Positions 1 through 9,854 are shown, counted from the first letter of the stretch. The stretch is DNA of 64,000 nt from Dehalococcoidia bacterium (GCA_965247895.1 OZ252046.1:1975155-2039154); one strand, 5' to 3'. The notes: generated by a model not told the origin, from the letters alone. A program made the numbers and translations.

Positions 1-1
1 G

Positions 2-910
2 CACACAGGACGAGACGCCGCTCGTGGCGCGCTCCGGGGCGAAGGTACTGCTGCCGACGGCGCGCAGCGTGCGGGGCGGCGCGCACGTCGGGCGCGGGAG
101 ATCCTGGGACAGTCCCGCTCCACGATCGGCCTGAGGCGCACGATCCTCGACGGCGGCATCCTGTTCGTCTCCACCGCGCAGGGCACGGCCGGGCGCGACG
201 TCGCCGCGCTCGTCGGCTCCTCGATCCTCAACCTCGTCGACGCCGTCATCCGCGAGCAGGGCGGGCTGCTGCCGGAGCAGCGCCGGGGCGCGCTGGTCGT
301 GGTCGACGAGATGCAGGCCATGCCGGGCGTCGACTACGAGGCGATGCTCTCGGAGCTGGGCAAGTTCGGGGCGAGCTTCGTGCTCGCCACGCAGAGCCTC
401 GCCAAGCTGTCCGACCTCTCGCCGACGATGCAGGACACGCTGCTCGCCAACGTCGGCTGCCTCGCCGTCTTCCAGGTGGCGGGCGCAGATGCCCGGCAGC
501 TCGTCTGGGAGTTGGGCAAGGAGCGCGTCACCGAGGAGGACATCGTCTCGCTGCCGGTGCACCACGCCTACGTGCGCGCCACGACGGGCGGCGAGCGCAT
601 GTCGACGTTCTCGATGGCGGTGCGCAAGCCCGAGGGCGGAAACCCGGACGCGGCTGACCGCATCCGCGCGGACGCCTCGGCCTACTTAATGCCGGCTGCC
701 GACCTCGCCGAGCGCGACACCGGCGCGCGACTGGCGGAGCGCTACCGCGAGAGCCTGGGCGAGCTGCGGAAGGACCGGAACGGCGCGCAGGCGGCGGAGG
801 GTCCGGACAAGGCTCCCGAGCAGCCGAAGAAGCGGAGGCAGCGCAGCAGGCGCGACCGCGGGCCCGGCGGGGACACGCCGGAGGCGCACGGGGATGAGCG
901 GGCCGGATGA
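2..910 (+). CDS. conjugative coupling-protein-like P-loop ATPase (TraD/TraG/VirD4 or HerA/FtsK-like), C-terminal part; 5' end lies outside the window
   Basis: Reading frame open from the first base of the window. Hydrophobic-DE Walker-B-like block (ALVVVDEMQAM) followed by FVLATQSLAKL, typical of conjugative T4CP/HerA-FtsK ATPases; basic Lys/Arg tail. Adjacent to a replication-relaxation gene. Confidence 0.5.
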   Translation, partial: HTGRDAARGALRGEGTAADGAQRAGRRARRAREILGQSRSTIGLRRTILDGGILFVSTAQGTAGRDVAALVGSSILNLVDAVIREQGGLLPEQRRGALVVVDEMQAMPGVDYEAMLSELGKFGASFVLATQSLAKLSDLSPTMQDTLLANVGCLAVFQVAGADARQLVWELGKERVTEEDIVSLPVHHAYVRATTGGERMSTFSMAVRKPEGGNPDAADRIRADASAYLMPAADLAERDTGARLAERYRESLGELRKDRNGAQAAEGPDKAPEQPKKRRQRSRRDRGPGGDTPEAHGDERAG

Positions 911-2460
911 GTCCGGCTGCGAGCACTCCGGAGCTACTGCGCCGGCTGGCGGCGATGCCCTTGCTCGACCGGCTGGAGCTGGTCGCCGTCTCCGGCTGGT
1001 CGCGGGGCGCGGTCTACGAGGGCGTCGGCCGACTCAAGCAGGCCGGGCTCGCCGCCTCCGTCCCGCACGCCATGGAGCTGATCGCGCCCACGCGGAGGTT
1101 CCACCTCACCGCCGCTGGCGTGCGTGTGCTCGCTCACGGCGAGAGCGAGGAGGAGTTGTTGCGGCAGCACCCCGTCTCGGCACAGTGGCAGCGCATCCTG
1201 TTGGAGCGCCTCGACACCGTGGCCGCGATCTACCGGCTCGCGTGCGCGGTCTCCGCGGTGGCCTGGCCGATCAGCTTCCGCTGGTACCGCGGCCTGCCGC
1301 TGAACGCCGCGATCACGCTCCCCGGCGGCCGCCGCGTCGGCGTCGTCCGCGTCGGCCGCTCAGCCGACCGCACGGGCCTCGCCAACCGGCTCTGGCGGTT
1401 GCGCGCAGGGTCGCTTCCCGGCGCGGCGCTGCTACTCCTCCCGGACGAGGTGCGGCTGCGCCACGCGCGCGGGCTGCTGGCCGGCTTCCCCGTACCCGCC
1501 GTTCTGGCTCTTGAGCGAGAGGCGACGCTCACTCCCGATGGCGCGATCTGGAGGCTGCCCTCGGTTAACGCCGCCATCTCCCTCAAGGCCGTCCTTGACC
1601 GGGCGGTCCCGCACGGCGTGCTGCCTGAGGAGCGCCCGCTCGCACGCCCGACGCCGCCCGCGGCCCCGCTCGCCGGTTGGGCGGGGTTTGATGTGCCCAA
1701 CTGTCTGTTGTCGGCGCTGCTGAGGCCCGCCGAGAAGCGCGCGCTCGATCTCCTCGCCGACTGGCCATGGCTCAGCCCGGAGCACCTGCAAGCCCTGCTC
1801 GGCGTCTCGCGCGCGCGGACCGCACAGATCACTTCCGCCCTCCGGGACCGCGGACTCGCGGCACGCGTGCCCGCGGCCAATGGCCGCCTCGTCCTCACCG
1901 GGCGCGGGCTGACGCTCATTGCCCGGCGCGACCGCACCTCCATCGGACTCGCGAAGAAGCGCTGGAGCGCCGCGCCGCTGGACGGCGGCGCCGCGGGCGG
2001 CTGGCGCGACGTCGCCGGGCGGCGCAGCCGCCAGCTGCTGCGCAACATCGAACACAGCGCCGCGGTGCACGGCTTCATCGCGGCACTCGCCGCGCAGTCG
2101 CGCGCCCTCGGGTGGGAGCTCGTCCAGCGCGACCCGCCGCACCGCGCGTCGCGCTACTTCCGCCGCGACGGCCGACTGCGCTCCGTCCTGCCCGACGCCT
2201 TCGCCGTCCTGCGCAGGGGGACGACGGCGTCGCCGTGCTTCGTCGAGTGGGAGCGGCGCGCGGTACGCCCGAGCACGATGGCGGCGAAGCTCGCGCCCTA
2301 CGTGCGTTACTACGCATCACCGCGGCCCACCGACGACCGCACGGAGGATTGTTGTGCGCCATCGCCAGCATCGAGGTCACGTCCGGCTCGGGCAGCGGGT
2401 TGCGGCTGGGCGGGACGATGTCGGCGATGCGCCCGTGCTCGGAGGCGGGCGTGCCGATGA
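907..2460 (+). CDS. replication-relaxation family protein (plasmid/ICE type); last ~40 codons (after ~2340) are Arg/Cys-rich read-through and probably not native
   Basis: 517-aa ORF overlapping the upstream gene by 4 bp (ATGA). C-terminal region PDAFAVLRR...FVEWERR...KLAPYVRYYASPRP resembles the Replic_Relax family. After TDDR the composition switches to the junk typical of reading antisense through another gene. Confidence 0.55.
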   Translation: MSPAASTPELLRRLAAMPLLDRLELVAVSGWSRGAVYEGVGRLKQAGLAASVPHAMELIAPTRRFHLTAAGVRVLAHGESEEELLRQHPVSAQWQRILLERLDTVAAIYRLACAVSAVAWPISFRWYRGLPLNAAITLPGGRRVGVVRVGRSADRTGLANRLWRLRAGSLPGAALLLLPDEVRLRHARGLLAGFPVPAVLALEREATLTPDGAIWRLPSVNAAISLKAVLDRAVPHGVLPEERPLARPTPPAAPLAGWAGFDVPNCLLSALLRPAEKRALDLLADWPWLSPEHLQALLGVSRARTAQITSALRDRGLAARVPAANGRLVLTGRGLTLIARRDRTSIGLAKKRWSAAPLDGGAAGGWRDVAGRRSRQLLRNIEHSAAVHGFIAALAAQSRALGWELVQRDPPHRASRYFRRDGRLRSVLPDAFAVLRRGTTASPCFVEWERRAVRPSTMAAKLAPYVRYYASPRPTDDRTEDCCAPSPASRSRPARAAGCGWAGRCRRCARARRRACR

Positions 2461-3052
2461 AGAAGTCGAGGCCGAGCGGGTCCACGATCTCCTCGCGCAC
2501 GAACTCGCCGGGCCGGCGGCCGCTCACGCGGCGGACGATCTCGCCGATGATCCAGCCGTAGGTCCACACGTGGTAGCCGTGGCGAGTGCCGGGCTCCCAC
2601 CACGGCTCGGCCTCGGCCAGCGCCGTGGTCATCGTCTGCCAGTCGTAGCAGGCCTCCTTCGGCAGCAGCCGCCGCGCGCCGACCACACCCGAGCGGTGCC
2701 CCAGCACGTGGCGCACGGTGACGCCTTCCTTGCCCGCCTGCGCGAACTCCGGCCAGTAGCTGGCCACGGGCGCCTCGATGTCCACGAGTCCGCGGTCGGC
2801 GAGCATGTGCAGGCCGAGCGAGAGCAGGCCCTTCCCGGTCGAGTAGGCGTTGACGATCGTGTCGCGCTCCCAGGCGCGAGTGCCCGCGGCGTCGGCGTGT
2901 CCCGCCCAGAGATCGACCACCGGCTCGCCATCGATGGTGACGGCGACGGCGGCGCCGATGTCGCCGCGCTCCGTGAAGTTCTGCTCGAACTCCTCGCGCA
3001 CCCCCGCGAAGCGAGGATCGCACTCGCCGCGGATCTCGACCTCTGACGTCAT
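2343..3052 (-). pseudogene. serine hydrolase (beta-lactamase-fold esterase/PBP family), 3'-truncated remnant (~236 N-terminal codons)
   Basis: ATG at 3052 (MTSEVEIRGE...). S-x-x-K active-site motif (STGK) ~70 aa from the start and coherent protein-like sequence down to ...AMAHNNPP at ~2343. Beyond that the frame becomes Arg-rich antisense of the replication-relaxation gene. No KTG/HxG third motif, and the length (~240 aa) is far short of the ~380-420 aa usual for the family. Confidence 0.5.
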
Positions 3053-3187
3053 GCGTCGCCTCCTTCGCGCCGGTACGCCGCCGCCGCGCTGGCGCAGCGT
3101 ACGACAGGCCCGAGGAGGGTGCAGGCCCCGGAGCGGGCGCGAGTACAATCGCCTGCGGGAAGATCCGAAGCCGGTACGGGGGCCCGC

Positions 3188-5296
3188 ATGAACGAAGAGC
3201 AGAGCGCGCCCCCTGAGACGCACTTTGACGCCGACCGCCCAATTGAACGTCGTGAGCAGGACCGCCTGGGCAGGCGGTCCTTTGCCGAGGCGATCGCGAA
3301 GCAGATCCTCGCCGTTCCCGCTGCACAGGGATTCACCATGGCGGTTGTGGGTGAGTGGGGAGCCGGCAAGACATCGGTACTCAACATGGTCGCCGAGACA
3401 GTCGCGGGCGACGACGGCGGCCCGGCCATCCTCCGCTTCAACCCGTGGCTCTTCAGTAGTGCGGACGACCTAGTGAGGCGGTTCTTCACTGAACTTGGCG
3501 CACAGCTCCATCAAAGACAACACCCGGGGCTGAAGGACGTGACGACGGCACTGTTCGAGTTCGCCGAATCTGCAGCACCACTGATCCCCATGCCCGGCGC
3601 GGTCCCGGCGGTGAAGCTGCTGAGTAAACTCACCAACCGCTCGACAAGACCACCGAGCCTACTTGAGACGCGTAGTCGACTCAGCCAAGCTCTCGCTAAG
3701 TCTGGTTCGAGGATCGTTGTCCTCATTGATGACATCGACCGGCTTGAGCGCCGCGAGATACGCGAAGTGATGCGATTGGTGCGCCTGACATCTGATTTGC
3801 CAAACCTTGTCTTCTTGCTCGCATTCGATAGGGCCCGTGTGGCGAGCAGCCTGAACTGGGACAAGGACGGGGACGACGGCCAACAGTACCTGGACAAGAT
3901 TGTTCAAGTGAGCCACGACGTCCCCGTGGCACGCAAGGCGACCCTGACCGACATGCTCATAGCCGGGCTCAATGAGCTTATCGAGGCACGCGATCTTGGG
4001 GACCCCGACCGGGAAGTGTGGGTGAGCGTCCTCTACGAAATGCTGAGGCCGCTCCTTGGTAACCCCCGGGACGTCAAGCGCTACCTGTACTCGCTGCCCG
4101 TGACCCTCGACGCTGTCGGGCACGAGGTGGCGCTGGCTGACCTGCTCGGGCTAGAAGCGGTTCGGGTCCTCAGACCGAAAGTGTTCGACGACTTGAGGGC
4201 ACACGCCGACTACCTCGTGCACTCGGAGTCCCGAGCGCAGCTCTTCATGACACAAGACGAATTCAAGCGGAAGGTTCGGGACGAGCTCACGGCAATGCTT
4301 GAGCGTGCTGCAGGTGACCGCGTGCTGTTGGAGTCCGTGCTCAGGACTCTGTTCCCGGTGACGCAAGAGTTCCTCTCCAGCACCAGCTACGGTCCCATGT
4401 CGGACGGATCTTGGCGAAGGCAGCGACGTGTCGCTTCCGGCGAAGTGTTACGCATCTACCTGCAGGCCGCGCTCGACGAGGTAGCACTTCAATCGAGTGA
4501 GGTTCAGGAGCTAGTAGACGCCCTCACTGACGAAGATAGGCTTTCCCAGCTGCTCGACTCCTTCGACGACCAGCGCTTCGAGGAGGCCCTCGAACGTCTC
4601 GGGGACTTCGAGTATGAGTTGCCTTCCGAGGCCCTGCCGGCAGCTGTACCCGTGCTCGTGAATAGGATGGGAGGGCTCAGTGAACGCTCTGCAGCGCCGT
4701 TCGAACTCTCACCGCGACGGAAGGCATACCGTGTCGTTCTGTTCATTCTTCGACGAGTCGCGGACAAAGCAGCCCTCGCGGGCTCCTTGCCCGCGGTGCT
4801 GGCGAAGATCGATTCCTTGTCGGGATGGCTGGAGGTGGTCGAATTGGTTGGCCACCGCGATCGAGTTGGACCGCAACTCGTCGACATCGCGGACGCGACG
4901 AAGCTCGAACATCAGCTGGTCGAACGACTGAGATCAGCATCGGCGCGGGAACTTGCGGGCGAGTGGAGCCTCGCACGTTTGTCAATGCGGGCGCTGGCTT
5001 GGCTTGAGGGTCAGGACAAAGACCGGCTCGCCGGGCGACTGCGCGAACACCTCAGTGAAGACGGATTCGTTCTCACTCTGCTCCACACGAGCGTCGGCTA
5101 CGCATACTCCGGCAGCGATGTTCGTAAGCTTCTTTCTTGGGACGCCCTCGTGGAGGCGTTCGGTGATGAACTCCCCGATGCGGTCGACAGACTCACCCGC
5201 TCTCAAATCTACGAGGACGCATCGGACGACGATCGCGACACCATCGATCTGGCTCGGAAGTACGCGTCGGGCGAGCGCCCAGACGAATGGGAGTAG
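3188..5296 (+). CDS. KAP-family P-loop NTPase (large predicted NTPase, ~700 aa)
   Basis: Start MNEEQ at 3188 inside the longer ORF 3119-5296. Walker A (VVGEWGAGKTSVLNMV) and Walker B-like (IVVLIDDIDRL) motifs with KAP-type spacing, plus a long alpha-helical C-terminal region. Local GC is visibly lower than in the flanks (many A/T-ending codons between 3480 and 5300). Confidence 0.7.
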   Translation: MNEEQSAPPETHFDADRPIERREQDRLGRRSFAEAIAKQILAVPAAQGFTMAVVGEWGAGKTSVLNMVAETVAGDDGGPAILRFNPWLFSSADDLVRRFFTELGAQLHQRQHPGLKDVTTALFEFAESAAPLIPMPGAVPAVKLLSKLTNRSTRPPSLLETRSRLSQALAKSGSRIVVLIDDIDRLERREIREVMRLVRLTSDLPNLVFLLAFDRARVASSLNWDKDGDDGQQYLDKIVQVSHDVPVARKATLTDMLIAGLNELIEARDLGDPDREVWVSVLYEMLRPLLGNPRDVKRYLYSLPVTLDAVGHEVALADLLGLEAVRVLRPKVFDDLRAHADYLVHSESRAQLFMTQDEFKRKVRDELTAMLERAAGDRVLLESVLRTLFPVTQEFLSSTSYGPMSDGSWRRQRRVASGEVLRIYLQAALDEVALQSSEVQELVDALTDEDRLSQLLDSFDDQRFEEALERLGDFEYELPSEALPAAVPVLVNRMGGLSERSAAPFELSPRRKAYRVVLFILRRVADKAALAGSLPAVLAKIDSLSGWLEVVELVGHRDRVGPQLVDIADATKLEHQLVERLRSASARELAGEWSLARLSMRALAWLEGQDKDRLAGRLREHLSEDGFVLTLLHTSVGYAYSGSDVRKLLSWDALVEAFGDELPDAVDRLTRSQIYEDASDDDRDTIDLARKYASGERPDEWE

Positions 5297-5411
5297 CCAC
5301 ACCGTCCCGCCGAGGACGCCCGTTCGCAACGCTGCACGGCATTCGCTAGAGTTCCAGCGGCCAGAAGCGCCGACCCGCCGCGCCGGCGACTCCCGCGCGG
5401 AAGGACCTCCG

Positions 5412-6143
5412 ATGCACGAGACGCTGAGCATCGAGCACGAGGGCGGGGTCGCGACGCTGACCGTCACCCGGCCGCCCGTGAACGCGCTCAGCCTCGTCAT
5501 GCTCGAGTCGATGGCCGAGGAGCTGCACCGCCTCGGCGACGATCCCGAGGTGAGCGCGATCGTCTGGCGCAGCGGCGTGCCCGGCATCTTCAGCGGCGGC
5601 TTCGACCTCAACGATCCGCGCAGCGCCAGCGCGCAGCCGCTGCACTTCCCGCCCGGCGACCACCTGGCGCGCGTGCGCAATGCGCAGACCGCGCTGCTCG
5701 ACGTGCCCGTGCCGATCATCGTCGCCGTCAACGGCGCGGCGGTCGGCCTCGGGATGCTGATGCCCGCGCTCTGCGACATCGTGATCGCGGGCCGGAGCGC
5801 GCGCTTCGGGCTGCCGGAGATCCAGATCAACTCGATCGGCGGGGCGGGCCACGCGCGCCGCATCCTGCCGGAGCCGGTGCTGCGCTACCTGATGCTGACC
5901 GGCCGCCGCGTCACACCCGAGTACCTCCAGCAGTGCGGCGCGATCGCGCTCGTCGTCGAGGACGACGACCTCGACAGCGAGGCGCAGGCGATCGCCGCCG
6001 AAATCGCCAGCTACGATCCCGTCGTCGTGCGCAACTCGAAAGTCTCGCTGGAGGCGCTGCGCACGATCGACGACGTGGCGCTCGCCTACTCGCTCGAGCA
6101 CAAGTGGGGCGCGGCGCTCCGCCTGTCGCGCCAGCAGGGTTAG
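5412..6143 (+). CDS. enoyl-CoA hydratase/isomerase (crotonase) family protein
   Basis: MHETLSIEHEGGVATLTVTRPPVNAL..., oxyanion-hole GGFDL and VAVNGAAVGLG motifs; ATG at 5412 within ORF 4953-6143. Confidence 0.7.
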   Translation: MHETLSIEHEGGVATLTVTRPPVNALSLVMLESMAEELHRLGDDPEVSAIVWRSGVPGIFSGGFDLNDPRSASAQPLHFPPGDHLARVRNAQTALLDVPVPIIVAVNGAAVGLGMLMPALCDIVIAGRSARFGLPEIQINSIGGAGHARRILPEPVLRYLMLTGRRVTPEYLQQCGAIALVVEDDDLDSEAQAIAAEIASYDPVVVRNSKVSLEALRTIDDVALAYSLEHKWGAALRLSRQQG

Positions 6144-6224
6144 GGCCAGACCTCGCGGGATCGGCGGCGTGCGCCGGTCGTGATCGAGGGCGTGTACCAT
6201 GATTGCGCACGGGAGCGAGCCGAG

Positions 6225-6782
6225 ATGACGACCACAGAGGCGAAGCTGCTGACGGCCTCCGACCTGCTGCGGCTCTGCAGCCGCGGCGTGCGCGGCGAAC
6301 TGATCCGGGGGGTGCTCTGCGAGACCATGCCGACGGGACACGAGCACGGCAAGATCGTCATGAGGCTGGGCGCCGCGCTGTTCAACTTCGTGGACCCCAG
6401 GAAGCTGGGAACGGTGGTCGCCTCGGACTCAGGCGTCTGGCTCGAGCGTGATCCCGACACCGTGCGCGAGCCGGACGTGGCATTCACCTCGGTGGAGAAG
6501 ATCCCGCTCGATGCGCGGATCGTGGGCTACGCCGAGGCCGTGCCCGACCTGGTGGTCGAGGTGCGGTCCCCCGGTGACAGCCGCCGCGAGGTCCACGACA
6601 AGGCGCGGATGTGGCTGAGCCACGACGTACGCCTCGCGTGGGTCGTGCATCCGGACACGCGCACGGTAGACGTGCATCGGCCGGATCAGCCCGTCGCCAC
6701 CCTCGGCGCGAACGACAGCCTCGACGGCGCTGACGTGCTCCCCGGCTTCGCCCACTCCGTGAGCGCCATCTTCGAGGCGTAG
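6225..6782 (+). CDS. Uma2-family (DUF820) restriction-endonuclease-fold protein
   Basis: N-terminus MTTTEAKLLTASDLLRL...GELIRGVL matches the Uma2 pattern; PD-(D/E)xK-like elements (EPDVAF, PDLVVEVRSP). Start may instead be 6180. Confidence 0.6.
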   Translation: MTTTEAKLLTASDLLRLCSRGVRGELIRGVLCETMPTGHEHGKIVMRLGAALFNFVDPRKLGTVVASDSGVWLERDPDTVREPDVAFTSVEKIPLDARIVGYAEAVPDLVVEVRSPGDSRREVHDKARMWLSHDVRLAWVVHPDTRTVDVHRPDQPVATLGANDSLDGADVLPGFAHSVSAIFEA

Positions 6783-6797
6783 TCGCCTCGTCGAGCC

Positions 6798-9278
6798 ATG
6801 CCACCCGCAGCGGCAGCCCCGCCGCTCTCCGCTATCCGTGTCCTGGACCTGACGACCGCGCGCGGCGAGATCGCCGGCAGAATCCTCGCGGACCTCGGCG
6901 CCGAGGTGCTCAAGATCGAGCCCCCCGAGGGCTGCGACTCGCGCCGGATGCCGCCCTTCGAGGACGGGCGCGAGGGCGACGCGGACGGCTCCCTGTACTG
7001 GGCCACGTACGGCCGCGGCAAGCGCAGCGTCGCACTCGACCTCGCCTCGGCGGAGGGCCAGGCGCAACTCCGTACGCTCGCCGAAGGCGCGGATATCCTG
7101 CTGGAGTCGTTCGAGCCGGGGCGCCTGGCCGGCCTCGGGCTGGGCTACGAGGACCTGCGCGCGCTCAACCCGGCGCTGGTCTACGCCTCGATCACGCCGT
7201 TCGGGCAGAGCGGACCGGACGCGCGCTCGCCGGCGACGGACCTGACCGTCGAGGCGGCGGGCGGGCTGCTCTCGCTGACCGGCGACGGCGACCGGCCGCC
7301 CGTGCCCGTCGGCTACCCGCAGGCCGGGCTGCACGGCGGCGCGCAGGCCGCGGCGGACGCCATCGTCGCACTCGTCGAGCGAGACCGATCCGGCCTCGGG
7401 CAGCACCTCGACGTCTCGATGCAGGCCTGCATGGTCTGGACGCTGATGGACGCCAGCGGCTACCCGCCCAACACGGGCCACGACAAGCCCGGCTTCGGCG
7501 ACGACCGCGCCGCGCCCCCGCCTCAGCGCGTGCCTGGCCTCGAACTGCGGCACATGATCGAGGCGGTCGACGGCCACACGCTCGTCACGATGGGCGTCAA
7601 CCGGCCTCAGCTCACCGCGGTCAACGAGACCATGAAGTGGATGCGCGAGGACGGGGTCGAGCTGCCCGAGCATCTCCAGTGGATCGACTGGGAGCACTGG
7701 CAGGAGGACTTCCTCGACCCCGCCGTCGTGCCGGAACACACCCACGAGGTGGCCGAGGCAATCGAGCTCGCGGTCGCCTTCCTCCGCACGAAGACGAAGC
7801 GCGAGCTGCACGAGCGCGCCGTCGCGAGCGGGGCGCTCTACGCGCTGATCGCCACCGCGGTCGATCTGCTCGCGGACCGCCAACTCGAGGATCGCGGCTA
7901 TTGGACGGAGATCGGCGGCCGGCCGCATCCCGGGCCGTTCGCGCGGCTCAGCCGCACGCCGCTGCGCGTAGAGCGCCCCGCGCCCGCCCTCGGCGAGGCG
8001 AACGCGCTGTCCGGCGAACCGCGCGAGCCGGCGAGGCCGACTCGCGCCGGCGGGGCCGCGCACGGGCGCCGCGTGCGCCCCTTCGAAGGTGTGAAGGTCG
8101 CGGACTTCTCCTGGTTCGGGGTCGGCCCGCTGATCGCGAAGGGGCTGGCCGACCACGGCGCGACGGTCGTGCATGTCGAGTCCGAGAACCGCCTCGATAT
8201 GCTGCGCATGGCGCCGCCGTTCAAGGACGGCATCCGGGACGTCAACAGGTCGCAATTCTTCGCCGACTTCAACTCCTCGAAGCTGGGGACCACGCTCGAC
8301 CTCGCGAGCGAGGGCGGTCGCTCGCTCGCGCGGAAGCTCGCCGGCTGGGCGGACGTGGTGATCGAGAGTTTCACGCCGGGCACGATGGAGCGGCACGGGC
8401 TCGACTGGGAGACGCTGCGCGAGGGCCGCCGCGATCTCGTCATGCTGCGTACCTGCATGCGAGGGCAGACAGGGCCGGAGGCCGCCTACACGGGGTTCGG
8501 CATGCAGGGCTCGGCGCTCTCCGGGCTGCACGGCGTGACCGGCTGGCCGGATCGTGCGCCGTGCGGACCGCACGGCGCCTACACGGACTTCATCAACCCG
8601 CGCTTCGGCCTCGCCGCGGTCGCGGCCGCGCTCCACGAGCGCACGCGCAGCGGGGAGGGGCAGCTGATCGACCTCTCGCAGGTCGAGGCCGCGATCCACT
8701 TCGTCGCGCCGCTGGTCCTCGACTACGCGGTCAACGGCCGCGTCGCGCCGCCCGCGGGGCACGACTCGCGGACGGCCTGCCCGCACGGCGTCTACGCAGT
8801 CGCCGGCGTCGAGCGCTACATCGCGATCGCCTGCGAGACGGCGGAGCAGTGGCGCGCGCTGCGCGATCTGGCCGACCTCGAGGGCTTCGGCGACGGCGAG
8901 TTCGAGACCTTCGAGGGCCGCCGCGCCGCCCGCGATCGCATCGACGAGGCGCTGCGCGCCTGGTGCGCCGGCGAGGACGGACACGCCCTCGCCGCGCGGC
9001 TCAAGGCGGCCGGCGTGCCAGCCTCCGCGGTGCTGCGTCCGAGCGATCTCTACGCGGACGCGCAGCTCGCGCACCGCGGGTTCTTCGTCACGCTGGAGCA
9101 CCCGGTGATGGGACCGACGCCCTACGACGGCCTCGCGACGATCTTCTCGGAGACGCCGGGCGTGCTGAGCAAGGCCGCGCCGCTGCTCGGCGAGGACACG
9201 CACTACGTGCTCACGGAGCTGCTCGGCGTCTCCGCCGACGAGCTGACCGAGTTCGCGGCGGCCGGAGCGCTCACCTAG
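6798..9278 (+). CDS. double-domain family-III CoA-transferase (two CaiB/BaiF-type domains fused, 826 aa)
   Basis: N-terminal half (VLDLT..G..AG..LADLGAEVLKIEPP, LVYASITPFGQSGP) and C-terminal half (VADFSWFGVGP..., HGAYTDFINP...) each carry family-III CoA-transferase signatures; first gene of a co-directional operon. Confidence 0.8.
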   Translation: MPPAAAAPPLSAIRVLDLTTARGEIAGRILADLGAEVLKIEPPEGCDSRRMPPFEDGREGDADGSLYWATYGRGKRSVALDLASAEGQAQLRTLAEGADILLESFEPGRLAGLGLGYEDLRALNPALVYASITPFGQSGPDARSPATDLTVEAAGGLLSLTGDGDRPPVPVGYPQAGLHGGAQAAADAIVALVERDRSGLGQHLDVSMQACMVWTLMDASGYPPNTGHDKPGFGDDRAAPPPQRVPGLELRHMIEAVDGHTLVTMGVNRPQLTAVNETMKWMREDGVELPEHLQWIDWEHWQEDFLDPAVVPEHTHEVAEAIELAVAFLRTKTKRELHERAVASGALYALIATAVDLLADRQLEDRGYWTEIGGRPHPGPFARLSRTPLRVERPAPALGEANALSGEPREPARPTRAGGAAHGRRVRPFEGVKVADFSWFGVGPLIAKGLADHGATVVHVESENRLDMLRMAPPFKDGIRDVNRSQFFADFNSSKLGTTLDLASEGGRSLARKLAGWADVVIESFTPGTMERHGLDWETLREGRRDLVMLRTCMRGQTGPEAAYTGFGMQGSALSGLHGVTGWPDRAPCGPHGAYTDFINPRFGLAAVAAALHERTRSGEGQLIDLSQVEAAIHFVAPLVLDYAVNGRVAPPAGHDSRTACPHGVYAVAGVERYIAIACETAEQWRALRDLADLEGFGDGEFETFEGRRAARDRIDEALRAWCAGEDGHALAARLKAAGVPASAVLRPSDLYADAQLAHRGFFVTLEHPVMGPTPYDGLATIFSETPGVLSKAAPLLGEDTHYVLTELLGVSADELTEFAAAGALT

Positions 9279-9311
9279 AATCACGGCCTACGTGAACGGT
9301 GCGGGGGCGCG

Positions 9312-9854
9312 ATGACCAAGGTCGAGGGCGAGTACGACATCGAGGCCGTGCGCGCGGAGTGGATCGGCAGGAAGGCGCCGGTCTACCACGGCCGCTACCC
9401 GGTCGAGTACGACCCGATCCGCCGCTACTGCCACATGGTGGAGGACGACAACCCGCTGTTCCTCGATCCGGAGTACGCGGCGACGACGAAGTGGGGCGGC
9501 GTGATCGTGCCGCCCGTGATGACCGACTACTTCGCCGGCAGCGGCGCCTGGCCCGAGGAAGACGAGCCGGTGATCCAGCTCCAGGTGCCGACGCGCGGCG
9601 ACCGCACCATCAACCTCAACGTGAGCTGGGAGTTCATCCAACCCGCCCGCATCGGCGACCGCCTCTCGCGGCAGACGGAGATCGAGGACATCTACCAGAA
9701 GCCGACCCGGCTCGACCCGAAGTCGATCTGGATCGCGACGAAGACGACCATCTCCAACCAGCACGGCGAGGTCCTCGCGATCGGCAGGAACACGATGGTC
9801 GCCCATCGCCGCCCCGAAGAGTTCGCCGGCGAGCTGGACGGGAGCGGCGCATGA
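9312..9854 (+). CDS. MaoC-N-terminal-like hotdog-fold dehydratase subunit (ChsH1/HadA-like)
   Basis: 180 aa; FAS1-like/MaoC-N hotdog pattern. The stop overlaps the next start (ATGA), suggesting translational coupling with a second hotdog subunit. Confidence 0.65.
   Translation: MTKVEGEYDIEAVRAEWIGRKAPVYHGRYPVEYDPIRRYCHMVEDDNPLFLDPEYAATTKWGGVIVPPVMTDYFAGSGAWPEEDEPVIQLQVPTRGDRTINLNVSWEFIQPARIGDRLSRQTEIEDIYQKPTRLDPKSIWIATKTTISNQHGEVLAIGRNTMVAHRRPEEFAGELDGSGA

Noticed and set aside
1767-3046. Overlapping plus-strand ORFs 1767-2561 and 1919-3046
   Set aside because: Arg/Pro/Ala-rich junk overlapping the replication-relaxation gene and the antisense of the hydrolase remnant.
6429-9284. 951-aa ORF on the minus strand (similar long antisense ORFs at 10773-12323, 17018-19375, 17226-19454, 24375-25808, 40771-42045, 56036-57514)
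   Set aside because: They lie exactly antisense to well-supported genes, and their translations are Arg/Ala/Gly/Pro-rich low-complexity strings typical of wrong-frame ORFs in ~70% GC DNA. No motifs.
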